Notes: generated from the sequence alone by a model not told the origin. DNA of 64,000 nucleotides from Camelus dromedarius (GCF_036321535.1 NC_087437.1:46874001-46938000), one strand, 5' to 3'; counted from the first letter of the stretch, positions 37,414 through 50,174 are shown. Program-made: numbers and translations.

Positions 37414-37574
37414 TGGGGGCAGGGTATAGCTCAGTGGTAGAGTGCATGCTTAGCATGCATGAGGTCCTGGGTTCAATCCCCAGTACCTCCACTAAAATCA
37501 ATCAATCAATCAATCAACCTAATTACTTCCACCTCCTCCAAAAAAAAGATAAACAAAATAAAAATAATTTTTTA
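37414..37574 (+). mobile_element. Full-length tRNA-Ala(AGC)-derived SINE (camelid Vic-1 type)
   Basis: 'gggtatagctcagtggtagagtgcatgcttagcatgcatgaggtcctgggttcaatccccagtacctcca' with A and B boxes; A-rich/(TCAA)n tail; 15-bp TSD aaaaaagtgggttgg (37399-37413 and 37575-37589). Confidence 0.95.
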
Positions 37575-37869
37575 AAAAAAGTGGGTTGGCCACCAATTAA
37601 ATGGAATATAATATTAACCTATACAGAACACAATATTCCACAGCCATTTAAAAAGTTATGTACTGCATGTTTAGTCTAGGGTAGTATCAGTACACTGATT
37701 ATAAACTCTAATCAAAAACAAAGATTTTTTGTTTTTCTTAAAGACCTAAATTGTCTTTAAGAAATAAACAGAGACAAAAATCTAGCTACATATGAATTGA
37801 AAAAGCAACCTGACATGATGGTTCTTTCCTGTTAGTCTGTAGCTTTATATATAAAAAAAGGATACAGCA

Positions 37870-37884
37870 GTTGCCATGGCAAAC
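37870..37884. promoter_or_regulatory. RFX X-box-like palindrome
   Basis: GTTGCCATGGCAAAC versus consensus GTTGCCATGGCAAC. Motif match only. Confidence 0.35.
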
Positions 37885-38553
37885 TTCTGGCTCTGCTGAA
37901 TATGGGAAGCTGGTGTATAAGCCTAGGATTTGATGAAACTATGTAATTTTGAAACGAATAGGCGTATTTACATAGCCATTCACCTTGTGCTGGTTTAGAT
38001 TCTAGAATGTACAGCTGTTACATTTAACACAGGAGAACTGACATTTGAATTTAAGAAACTAAATATTCTTAAAATCACAGACTTAATTTTTAATACCATG
38101 AATCTAGAATTCTAATATTTTAGGGCACATAAATTATTGAGCAAGAAGTTAAGGAAATTATCTATGTCTTTTCTAGAAGCTAATTTTATAAAAGCCATCA
38201 TCATATTAATAAAAATATAATGCTTTCTCTGCACTTGCATCATAGATTATAAAATGTTTCAAGTCTCTTTCAGTAACATGAGGTACATTGCATATATATC
38301 CACAGCTATCCTATTGGGATAACTTTTTAAGTTTTTTGGCCATAGGAATTCATTTGTATTCATCTCAATATTCAAAAGTATAATAAATGCATGGTATTCC
38401 TGTTGATGACATATACTCCATAAAAGTTTAATTGTCAGTCTGCATTAATTAAGCCTGAATTAATGAACACTTTCAAAGTTTTGCAACAGTTGAATCACCA
38501 GTTCCCATCAAGCATGACTGAAGCAGAATTAGCTCATTCTAAATACTAAAATT

Positions 38554-38574
38554 ACACACACACACACACACACA
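38554..38574. repeat. (CA)n microsatellite
   Basis: Seen directly. Confidence 0.95.
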
Positions 38575-38832
38575 AAAGCAAGAAGAGAGATACACAGAAC
38601 CTCAGTCAATTATAATACTGAGTAAGCTGACTGCATTGACAGAAAGGCCAAATTCCAGGTAGAATTTAAATCTAAGATCAATATCCTTTGCTTTTAACTC
38701 TGTTGTAAGTAGACTAATTTTTTCCCCCAATTTTCATCATTATGCAAAAGTCTTGAACATGGTAGCATGAAACTTGTCTATACTACACCATGCTGGGAAA
38801 GGTGTCTGCATTCAGGGTTGAATTTCTGGGCT

Positions 38833-39328
38833 TGATGGGGTTCAGGATACACCACCCCAAAATATGGCAACTTGGCATATTGAATATTATAAGCTGAAGG
38901 AATCTGAGAAATCGTGTGTACTGGGAAGACTTTCTGATCTTTCCCTGAAGTAGATCATAAAATCCTCACGTGAGAGGTGCCCTTCTTATCTCTGGGGAAA
39001 GGGCACATCCTCATCTCCAAGGTGCCGAGAGGAAGTTGAACAAACAGGCCTTGCTGTTTCCCCCGGTTTACTGCACTTAACTCACACCCTTTTTTATTTG
39101 TCCTATCACATTTCCCCACAAATTTCCACTCTTCATCAAATCTAACATAAAAACATTCAGGCTTAACCTATTCTTCTGGTCTTCATTTCCTTATGAAGCC
39201 TCCCATATCACATAAAATTTATATTAAATAAATTTGTCCTCTTTCCTCTTGTTAAACTGACTTTTGTTAGAGGGACTCCAGCTGAGAACTTAGCAAAGTG
39301 GAAGAAACAGATATTTTTCTCCACTATG
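38833..39328 (+). mobile_element. ERV1 (MER4-group) solo LTR
   Basis: Start 'tgatggggttcaggatacaccaccccaaaatatggcaacttggcatattgaatattataagctgaagg'; poly(A) region 'attaaataaatttgt'; degenerate TSD ggct/ggat. Confidence 0.8.
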
Positions 39329-39354
39329 GGATCTAAAGTGAACTCATATAGTAG

Positions 39355-39515
39355 CACTAATACCCTCTTCTCATTTAACTCCAGTGCTGATGCTTAAAGG
39401 AAAACATGGTCCCCCTTTCCAGAGGCATCAGAAGTGAGATTTAAAAGGGTGCAATGACTCATCCAAGTCACCAAAGGCAAATCCAGGAAGCAGATGTGAC
39501 ATTTCTGATTCTAAA
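39355..39515 (-). mobile_element. MIR fragment
   Basis: 'tctcatttaactcc...tttccagagg...aagtgag...atgactcatccaagtcac'. Confidence 0.5.
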
Positions 39516-42344
39516 TTTAATCGTCTCCCTCCCAGTGGACAACAAATACTGGCTTTGAGTAACATAGAAAGGATGATTGAGAATCAAAGTCATCCATGCA
39601 GCCTACTGTCCACATTAACATGACTTTACTGTCTCACTGCCCTCATCAACGAAACTTTCGTATTCTAGCAGACTCTTCCTCACGAAGATAAAAGTTGGAA
39701 AATTTCTTTATTGCTCATTCCAGGAACTTCAAGTTTTCAGTAGAAAGCCTCAAACAATAGTTTGCACTCCAAAGCTCTGAGTTACTGCATCTTAGCATCA
39801 AAACCCTCCTCTTCCTACGTCTACCATTTCTAAATATTAATCGTGATCTTTACCCAGTCCTAATGAAACATCCGTCCCCCACAGCCCTACTCCACACTGA
39901 AAGACAAGTCTTTCAATACGATTTCAGAATAATGCACCAGACTCCAGAACCTCAACAAAGAGCTCAGTGCTGTTCTTCTCCAACATGAGATGCTACTAAG
40001 ATTGTTAAGGTAGTGTTAGCCCTTACCGTGATACACAGTAAACAACTTCGTCTTATCAGCAGGTTATTTTGGTGATATTTGGGGAAGCTAGCTTTGACAG
40101 ATAGGGGAAGTTAACTCAGATTAAACCAGAAGAAAACATAGGTTTATTTCAGACAACTAAATTTGAGTTCCAGGTATAACTTACAGACAGAAATGGTTAT
40201 TTGCCTTTCAATACGAACTCAAGAATGACCCTCTCTGAGAGCTTCCTCTAATCCCCTACTCCAAATCTGAAGTTAGTATCTGAGGGACCAGAGAACCCTA
40301 TGCACACCCCATCATATCACTTGACAAAGAATCTGTGTGTTTTGGTATCATTTATGAGGCATAAAAATAAAATAAAACTTTATTACTCCTACCCAAGTTC
40401 TGAACTGGACTATCACCATTAACACTGAGGCTACCTGAGGCAGGCTCCTGTCCCGTCTCATTCTGCTGTTTCTCCCAGCCCCTACTGATAACAGTGTCCT
40501 GTTTTGTGATTAAGAGCTATTTTTTAACACAAAATTTAAAATACTTCACATATATCTATGTCTGCCTATATAATATGGTTTTAAATTCACTTTCAGCCTG
40601 TAGAAAATGGAATTAGACGTTTTCCCTCCCTTTTACACTGACTGTGATGTTGCCAATATATTTACCTGAGTTGTTGATAACTATAGTACTTTCACTTTTA
40701 TTGTTTCCGTAGTATTTTCCACATATGACAGAGGAGAAAACAATTTTAATTAAGTTTGAGGTGATTACCCTAGAAAGACAGAAATTCTTCAAAGGGAGGG
40801 GAAAAAAAAAATCTCCTTACTTTTCTTCAGAATGACACCGTGATTGACCTTTGTTGATTATAAAAGGAGAAACCCCTGTGCAAGATCAGGAAAGGGGAGA
40901 CTGAGAAAAAAGGGCTATTTTGCCTTCCTTGTACTGGGATGGGGTGGGGGGGCTGGGGGCCAAGAGCTGGGGAGGGACCGCACCTTGGGGGAGAGGAAGC
41001 CCCCAGCACTAAGCTGCAGGCCGAGCCCTGCGGAGAATGACACCAATGGGAAAGCACCTACAGAGCAACCGGTAGCTCACTGCGTCCTCTTCTGGTTTTC
41101 TGTAGCCCCCTCCCCGCTGTACTAGTACTTGCATAAAAGTCCACTACTGGCAAGAGCCCATGTTTGTAGGGCTCGGGGGAATGAAACAGGAGAGGTGAGG
41201 CAGTGATGATCACTAGGACGGAGCTGTGTGGAGACAGGACAGCAGCATCAGGAGGAACGTGAGGTCATCAACACTAGGCGGGAATTTGGAGTGAGTACTC
41301 ACCTGGTATATGAAAGAGCCCTGGGACTGCTCAAAATTGGGGTATGGGGGGGCTACATGCTGTGGGATGAGGGCCACAGCTATATTGTCTAGAGATTAAA
41401 GGAAAGTGTGGGTGGGACCCCAAAGGCTGGAGGAATTAGGGACTGACAATTCCACAGTGAATTGAAATTACTGGGTTTTCTATCTTCCCCACTGGACCTC
41501 TAAGGTCTGGTTTATGCTTTCTCTCTCCTGTCTCTGTGTTGACATATCATGAATGAATGAATGAATGAATGAGATAATAAATAACCTTTGGAATAGAAGT
41601 AAAGACTCCAGAAAGATCAAATCTGAAGATACAGATATGGAGGTCATCTACTTCGAATTTAAAATGAGTTGCAGAAAAAAGAGAAAAGGCCATACAGAGA
41701 AGAAGGAGGCCTTCATGTTGGGGAATAGCCCTATTATGTTAGGGAGTGAAAGATTCAGTTCTCTGCTGTTGCATGCAGAATCCATCAGTTCTGCTCATTT
41801 TACCGTCAGGCTGATGCTTGCCCTAACCTCTGCCTCATGGAAACTGTTTGCATCGAGTCATTCTCCACTGAACAGATTTTTTTGGTTGCCGTGGTAAGAT
41901 AGGGAAGAAATATCTGAATCCAAGTGGAGCTGCTAACTACCCATTATAATTTTGGTAACTTTACTGTGTCGTCCTGTGACTGAACTTGAAGGTTACTAGT
42001 CCCAAACAGGGTTTGAGTTTCTTTGAAGAGTTTTGATTTTGTATCTGTTCTTAAACTTTGTTGTCTCTAGGTCTCCTATTTATTTTGCTTCCTGAAAGAG
42101 GATTTATGATGTAATCTCTGTGATTATTCTACCTGGCCAGTGTCCAATTCCAAGTGGAATATTCAAAATTGAAGACATATTAGAGGAATAATTATATGTT
42201 ACAGAGAATAAAATATCTGCTCTCTTGCTCTCTGAAGAAACAAATACTCATCTCCTAAGGGACAAAATAATCAGAATGTTCTCTAGAATATAATCAGCTT
42301 AAAACCTTGCATCCAGACTTGGCACAGAGGAAATCGCCTCTGGT

Positions 42345-42500
42345 CCTGCTCCCTAAGTGTGGTCTGTGGGCACCGGTATCACCTGGGAGCTTGTTAGAGC
42401 TATTGACTCCCAGATCCCATTGCAGACCTACTGAATCAGGATCCTCCTCTTTATAAAATTCCCAGGTGATTAGTAAGCACACAGATTTTCAGAAGCATTA
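42345..42500. mobile_element. MER5A
   Basis: 'aagtgtggtctgtgggcaccggtatcacctgggagcttgttaga...agacctactgaatcagga...ccaggtgatt'. Confidence 0.85.
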
Positions 42501-42999
42501 TTACAGAGTAGCAAAGAGCAACCCCATTGCCTGACTCGGGGACAATGAGCACTTCTGCAAGACCCAAGGCAAGGGGGGGTCACCTAACCCTCTCCTACCT
42601 CCTCAACATGAGAATAGTTCAGCTTTGGTCTGATTTTTTTAAGTGTTGATGTTCCATGTTAAACATTAAAAATGTAGTATCTTGCTTAGAGAAAATATGA
42701 AAACCATTGCTGTGTGGCAAACAGAACTATGGTAAGTTCAAAAGTAGCCTAGAGTGTTTTCTATCCTGCAGGCTGGGACTCCTAGTGGGTAGATCCATAG
42801 AGATATAGATATAGATACATACACCTATTCTGTCTGGAGCTGCAATTCTTGATATTTTACACTAATTATATGTAAATGCTATTAAAATTAGTGAAACACA
42901 TTCATTTAAAAGTAGAAATTTAAAAAGGACAAAAAGGGAGGCTAATAAAAGCTTGATAATGGTCAGCAAATGGAGGAACAGAGAAGGAAGAACACTAAC

Positions 43000-43720
43000 C
43001 CAAAACTAAATCGTAGAAACTAGAAGAAGAAAGGTTTTCTCACTTGTGGATGGTAAGCGGCAGTAAACATTCGGAGAAGAGGAGCAGGAAAAAATGTGTT
43101 TGAGGAGATGTTGCAATGTGACTTCCAGGCACTTCTTTATCTGTCAGGTTATTTGTCTGTCACAGGAAGCAGTTAGGTGGGTTATGTCATTTCATAGCCA
43201 TAATAACATTCTGAGCCAAACCAGCTGCCTCGGCCTGTTGCTGTGACCTCAAATGCAACAGATGAGGGCTGAGAAAGGAACACTGGATTCGGCAATTAGG
43301 CCGTTATTGGTGACCGTGGAGAGAGTGGCTTTAATTGAGTGTTAAGGCTGAACACCAGACTGCTCCTGGGTGCGAAAGGGAAGCGAGCAGGATGGCAAAT
43401 TTAGATGCTCTTTCACGCTAAAGAAAAGTTTTCTGTGAGAGAGAGGGAAAAAGAAGTAATTTGAAGAGGTACCAGGTTTAGGGATGAATTTTTCTTTTTA
43501 AGGTGGTAGAAAACAAAGCAAAATTTTTAATTGATGAAAACAAAACAATTTTAAACTGAGGACATTTTCCCCCTCAATTAAAAAAAAAATTAAATGGAGG
43601 AAAACTTTGAGGAAAAACATTTAAAAAAAAACCCAGAAAGATTGAGAGGTGAAAAATAAGGGAGTTTATGATGGAACTAGTTCCTATAGGAACATCAAGG
43701 AGGTGGGTGGAAAGAACATG
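43000..43720 (-). mobile_element. Old L2 fragment
   Basis: 'gatgagggctgagaaagga..actggattcggcaattagg.cgttattggtgacc.tggagagag...gctgaacaccagactgc'. Confidence 0.65.
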
Positions 43721-43759
43721 ATCATTTCTACTCTTTTCCATGAATGACAACTATTTTAT

Positions 43760-44680
43760 ATGAAAAAACTTTAATGTATAGTGAAGTTGAAAGAATTTTT
43801 TCAGTGAATATCTATATACTCACCACTATTCCTACCATGAACATTTTACCCTGTTATTTACATGTCTACCCAACTTTCTACCCCTCAATTCTTTCATTTA
43901 TTTTTGATGAATTTCAACGTAAATTGTTTTCCACTAAAATCTGTATCATGACTTGAACTGACTAGAGTTCGTCATTTGTTTACAACATTTCTCTTTGGGG
44001 TAAAATTTATATGCCATGAAATGAAAAATCTCACATGTATGTTTGCCGAGTCTTGACAAATGTGTATGTCTGTATGACCCAAACCCTGTCAAGATACAGA
44101 CCCTTCCCATCACTCCAGGAAGTTTCTTCATGTCTATTCCCAGTCAGTCCTCACCCACACACTCCCAGAGTCAACCACTGCTGTGATGTTCTGATGTTTT
44201 TTTCAAGTAGATTATATCTGCCTATTCTAGAACTTCATATAAACGGGACAGTACAGTATCGATGGATTTGCCCAGGCCCTCGTTGATGAACGTTTTCAAC
44301 GGTCATGCACACTGCTGGATGGATCTGTAGAATATTCCTCCTTATTGCTGAGTAGTATTCCATTGTTTAGCCATCCAGCCCGTAACTAGTACAACTAAAG
44401 CTGCTGTCAATGTTTTTGTAAAAGGTTTTTGTTTTTTTTGTTTTTTGGAAACATACATTTTCGTGTATCTTGGATAAATATTTAAGAGCAGAATTCCTGG
44501 GTTTTGTGGTAGTGGTATGTTCAAAGAAACTGGCAAACTCTTCTCCAAAGTAATTGTACCATTTTACACTCTCACCAATAATGTTCAAGAGCTCCACTTT
44601 CTCCAGAGCCTCTCTCTTATCGGACACTTTTGGTCTTGCTATTCTGCTGGGTGTATAGTAGTGTCCCACTGTGCTAACAA
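43760..44680 (-). mobile_element. L1M (L1MB/ME-type) 3' fragment(s)
   Basis: 'cctattctagaacttcatataaacgg', 'ttattgctgagtagtattccattg', 'aactggcaaactcttctccaaagtaattgtaccattttacactctcacca'. Confidence 0.85.
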
Positions 44681-44744
44681 CTGGGGGTGGGGGGGTGTTT
44701 ATTTTGAGGTATCAGAAGGTAACCACCCATTACACTCATCTAAA

Positions 44745-44915
44745 ACAATATTATAGCACTTTTAACAGAAGATTGCAATTGCTAGTCTGTAAATTTGTCT
44801 CTTCACCTAGCATAAACTCCTTACAGACAGGGGCCGTGTTTCAGTATTCTTTATTTTTGCACTAGCATTTAGCCCAGTGACTGTGTTCAATAAATGCTGG
44901 TTTAATTTAATTGAA
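44745..44915 (+). mobile_element. L2 3' end
   Basis: 'ttgtctcttcacctagcataaactcctt...ctagcatttagcccagtg...gttcaataaatgctgg'. Confidence 0.7.
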
Positions 44916-45920
44916 TCAAACGTGTTCCTGCTGGCAATTCTATCAGTGGCAAAGTCAGCATGGAAGCTTCTCTTTCCTCTTCTCTTCGTTTTTTAGGGGC
45001 TCAGTTGGCCAGTGGCAGTATGAGTACACAGAAGAATGACAGTCACAGTGGGGAAAAACAGCAGGCCTGTTCCCACTGAAGACAGACACAGGCAGGCAGC
45101 CTACTCTGCCTAATACTTAGACATATATCGCAGAGTGAAAACTTGCCTATGAGATGAAAGTTTCGAGTTGTCCTTATCAATTTTATTTCATCCATCTGGC
45201 CTTCTGCTAATAGATACTACAGACAACTATATGTGGACAATAATCAGAAAGTAAAACACAACTTCCAGGGAATAACAAAGGGTATTTTATTTCCTGAAGA
45301 ACAGCATGAAGCTGTATGCTAAAGGCTGTTTTATTCGTATGCAGTAATCCCCAAGAAACGTAATGAAATTCTTGAAGCATATTATTGCTCTAGTGACATA
45401 TTAAACACACACACAAAAAAACAATACAGCTTTGGCTCAGAAGCATCCTAAGACAGTCATGTCCCATGCTTCTAAATTCATCCCTATCGGACTGAAGCAT
45501 TTTTTGTCAATTCACTTCCAAGAGCACTTGGATGAATAGCAAACTTCATATAAAGGTATAAAATGATAAATACAAAATGATTTGTGAAATTATAATAAGT
45601 CAAGAAATTACCTTGCTATAATAATGAAATGCATGGTATGCCAGAAACATTTTCAAGGAAAAATATTATTGGCATCATACCAAAACACTTCTAGTTTACT
45701 TTATATTAAAACAGTATTTTTCAAGTATTTCCTAGATATTAACATATAGCCATGTACCAATATCTTATATATGCCTTTCAGAATATGATGTTCAAGAAAG
45801 AAGCAACTTTGCCTATCAGAGTGTTTTTGATGTTTCTTCTCATTCCTCTGCTAAGATCTGAAAGATGTATCTCTAAATCAGGAAAGGGGGGATGGAAATG
45901 AAAAAATGTTGAATGCCTAC

Positions 45921-46349
45921 TGTGGCAGGGTCTGTTAGCTGTCCACAAAATTTTTTTCTTTCTGGAATGGTCTCTATGAGACTGTTGATGAGACAGAGGC
46001 TATACTTGGTAGCTCTCCTTGCATCTAAGAATAAACAGGTACGGATTCTCAGCAGAGGAATGTGAACAAAAGTGATGTGCACTATCTCCAGGCCAAGACT
46101 TTTAAAAAGAAGATAAGGCTTCTCCGTTGTCTTCTTTTCCATAGACCTGCGTGCAGGGGATTCTGAGGTCCTAGGATTGTATAGTTACAGGGTGGAAGAA
46201 GCAAAGTTCCCAAATCACATGGAGAGGAAATCAGCCTCCTTACCAGGAACACTTGCAGTGGACGGTTCCAGGAGTGAGGACTTTTATTTAGTTAAACTGC
46301 TCCTGAAGCTTTGCTGATTATAAAGCCAGTGACCTCATTGTCTCCAATA
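45921..46349 (+). mobile_element. MaLR solo LTR, MLT1I/J-like
   Basis: Start 'tgtggcag'; 'ggaatgtgaacaaaagtgatgtgcactatctccaggccaag'; 'ggtggaagaagc...ttcccaaatcacatggag'. Confidence 0.75.
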
Positions 46350-46929
46350 ATTTTACCAAGTGCACACAGCTAGGGAAAAAAGGGGGCAGCGCCTAGGATT
46401 TTGTCCCAGATTTGCCTGGCTCCAAAACCCAGACTCTACCAATCCACCCCATGTATCCTTGTAAGTTGTAACATAAACTTTTCACAAGCATAAGGAGTTT
46501 TAGAGAGATAAATAAATCCAAACTGGCTAATTTTATAAAAGAAAATTGTGGTAAGCAATTTAGCTAAGGTCACATAGGTCTTTAAAGCAACAAATTTGGG
46601 AAAAGTAGATCCAATATTCTTTTTGCTGTATCATAATATAGAAGTGAGCAATATTTATTAAAAGAACGCTCAACTCATAACATATGTCAGTGAATGCAAG
46701 GAGCCAATCCTCATTGTATTTAGAATTTATCCCTTACTTCATTGCAAACACTTTGCCATTGTTTACTCATTTAGGCCAGGAGGCGCTGTGTATTTATACT
46801 TTCTCTACTTGTTTATCTTGTGTCTTCTGTTTTGTGTATTTGCAAATCTTCTGCTCATTTGAATCAGTTACTTTTTGCCATTATGTTTTCATAATGTCAT
46901 GCATAAAATACTGTCAAGTAAAAACAAAG

Positions 46930-47090
46930 CTCTTCAACACAGAATCATAAATTATAGACACTAGAAAAAAGTTTATAGTTCTCATAAACTTCTTATTTTA
47001 CAGATCAGGAAACTGAAGCTTAAGGGATTTGAAATCATTTTTCCAGATGTATAAAACTAATTATTAACAAAGCTGAAACTATATAATGAA
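46930..47090 (-). mobile_element. MIR/MIR3 fragment
   Basis: 'cttattttacagatcaggaaactgaagcttaaggga'. Confidence 0.6.
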
Positions 47091-50000
47091 TAATATCTGC
47101 CTTTTTTTTAACTTTACATTCCGAAGTGAAATATCAAATACTAATTTTAGAAACTTTTTTGATAACATAAATACACTGAAGTCAAAATCTAAAAATTAGG
47201 GGAAATAATAGGGCATTACTTTTCAATTTAGATATTCCTCATGATAAGGAGAAAGCCATGGTAATCAAAGAAAATGTGAGAAAAAATTATGTAAAACTGG
47301 CATTAATATTCACTAATAAATGTTTAGTGTGAAACTAGTTCCATTACTAACATTTCCAGTAACAACTATCTCTCTTACATTCATGATTCTGTTGTGCTTC
47401 AAGTCTTTACAAAGTTGCTACAAGAAGACTTTGTTCTAGCTATTAGAAAATATAAGCCTCATTATTTTTTTCTTTTTCCTCACACAGTTCACCATGAAGT
47501 ATCAACAGAAAACACTGTCAGAAAGAACGAAACCTCCCACAAGACTCTTGCTCGATGTGCAATTACCAAAAAATTGGTAGAATCTATGAACAACATTTGT
47601 TTCCAATTTCAATTTAAGGAAACAGGATGTGAAATAATAAATCATTAGTCTCCATAAGCATCTTGCTGGATGGACGCCAGCATGACGAGTCCTGGAGCAC
47701 TCAGTTAGCCCGAAGCTTCGGCTGTGCGGGATTCACATCAGCTCCCCAACAGTGGGTGTTTGATGGGAAAAGTCTTTCCAGGGGCTTCTGAAAACTCCAC
47801 TGCTAAAGTGCCAGGGGTGTAATAAAAGCATGTATTGGTCTTCCAGACTGAAAGTGAGCAGTTATTTTCATACGACTTTTGAAAGCCTGACAGATAACGA
47901 AGAAACAGAAGCAACCATAAGAGGTCTATGATGGGGCATGGAAAATTGGAATAGAAGAGCTGAGAAAGATTTCAAGACAAAAAGGGGCGTGAACTATAAA
48001 ACTGACTATCACAGTCAGACACATCTCTCTTTGCAACTCACTGAGTTTGGTGAACCTAAAGGTGTATGTTGAAAGGCACTGTTTTTGGTATGCCTTGTTT
48101 AAGAAAATAGAGAAACTTAAGTACAAAAAGGTGTAATAGCAGATACAATTAAGACTATGAGAGTCCAGTTGAGCTGGGAAGGAGAGAATCCTTAATGAAA
48201 CCTTGCTCTAACTTTATAAGGCCAGAATTTGATAATTTAACAGGGAACAACATACCCAAAGTACTGGGGTCAAATGATTTGTTTGTGATCTATGCTGCAA
48301 AGGTAAGGATCTGTTATCTAATTTTACTTTTCTTTGTACTGCATTTATGAAGAAAGTTACTTTTCAGTCATAGCTGAAGACAGAAACTTTTAAGTAGGAC
48401 CTCAGAGAACACTGAGCTGCACTACCTTCCCCCAAAGGACAAAGATTTTGGGTAGAATCAGGGTATCTGCTGGATGCTCAGTAGTTACTGTTCTGGAAGA
48501 GTCAATCAGGAAAATTTGCCTTATCACATCCTCTCAGTTTTACTTACCTGAATTCAGTTACCTTCCTAAAGTACGCCCTTCTACTACTCTATATCACTAC
48601 CATGCAACACTCTTATTATCACCTTAATACAAATGTTTATCCCAAGGAGCTATAGAGTCTGAAGGTCCCAATCTCTACTTTCACAGACATCCTTCCTTTA
48701 ATATTCAAGTCATAAATTACTTTGTTCTAACTCACCTATAGTAGCCGGGTCTTTTTTAAAGAAAGAGAAGATCTGAAGTTGTATGAGGGAGGTATCTGGG
48801 CATTTAGACATCTGAGTCCAGCTGCCAGTGACTATAAAAGGAGCAGGTATAAGGGTTTCCAAAACTTTAAAAACAATGTCTTGCTTATAAACTCAGCAAT
48901 GAAAAGTGGTCTACCCAGATGTTTGGCTCCCAATGGTCATTTCAACACTTTAAGTCATTGTCAGCTGACTATGTAACCACCAAGAAGGCCTGACTAATCA
49001 CCCGATTCTGACAGTGAGTAGGAGTGGCACAGGGAAAGCACCTGCAAGTTATCAATAAGCTCGTGCCTCCATTCATCAGACATCTAGTCTCTTTTAATAA
49101 AGACTATTAAAACAAAACAAAGCAAAACAAAACAACAACTCCGGTCTTCTCAGCTGTGCTACACAAAACACTCACTGGAAAAAAATGAAAACAAAATGAT
49201 AGAAAAATATATCTAATATATCAATGATCATGAAATAACGTAATGGGAGTTGGACACTTTACAAGCATAACTGCTCGTGTGGGATGTGATTCTATGCATG
49301 TGAGAATAGAAAGTGACTGCCATTATTTTGTTAAATGCTTCAGTTAATACAACAGGATGCTTACTTTCATCTGAGCATCACGGATTGTTTTGATGCAACA
49401 TGATGCTGGAACACGGATGTCAGGCAAATTATGCCTTTTAGATCTGGCCTAGGCCTTTCTAAGTTCCATGGAAATGTGGGCTGATTTTTCATTCCAAATT
49501 GGCTAGAGCAAAACAGAGAGGATTCTGAAGCAGGCGTCTTTGCAAGAAGAGTGTCTCTCACGATTTAATTTCCATAGCAATTTAAGGAAATGATGTGGGG
49601 GCGGGGACAGGCAGCGAGTTGGTAGAATAATTGCTCAGATTTGACAGGGTGTGAGAAAGCTGAAAGCACACAGTTTCGTGTGCATAATATTAACCTCCAC
49701 GCATTTCCAAAATGGCCTCTTTATTCTCAAATATATTCTTAACATCTATGAATAGTTATTCTGAAGCTGAGTGGCATCATGACAGGTCAGAAAATGCCAC
49801 AGGGCATAACAATATATATTTTTCAAACCCAATCTGAAGTTCCTTGTAACATCAAGTAAGGTGGTTTTAAAATATATACTGACATCTCTCAAAGATTATA
49901 AATTTGTGGTTACTTCTGCCTTCTCTTTTATTAGAAATTCAAGGTGACAATAGTCAAAATAAAATCAGACTATGGCTATACACAAAGATGAATTTTTTTA

Positions 50001-50174
50001 CCCTGAAACATGGAATTCAAACATTTAAAAAATGGTAAGAACTTGGTTGTTAGACAGAATTCAGCCTTCTCTAAGACAGTCTGTGTCTATCAAAATGGCT
50101 GTATGTGTTATACAGAAAATATAAAGTAGAAAATATTGCAAAGATTAGCTGTGAAGCTGATTGAAGTGACTAAA

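Noticed and set aside
37420..37491. tRNA-Ala(AGC) gene
   Set aside because: It has an A-rich tail, a 15-bp TSD, CpG decay and acceptor-stem mismatches, and related copies occur at 5386 and 8012. It is a SINE.
40020..40090. Minus-strand exon ending ACG|GTAAGG
   Set aside because: Weak acceptor, unrecognised peptide and no partner exons.
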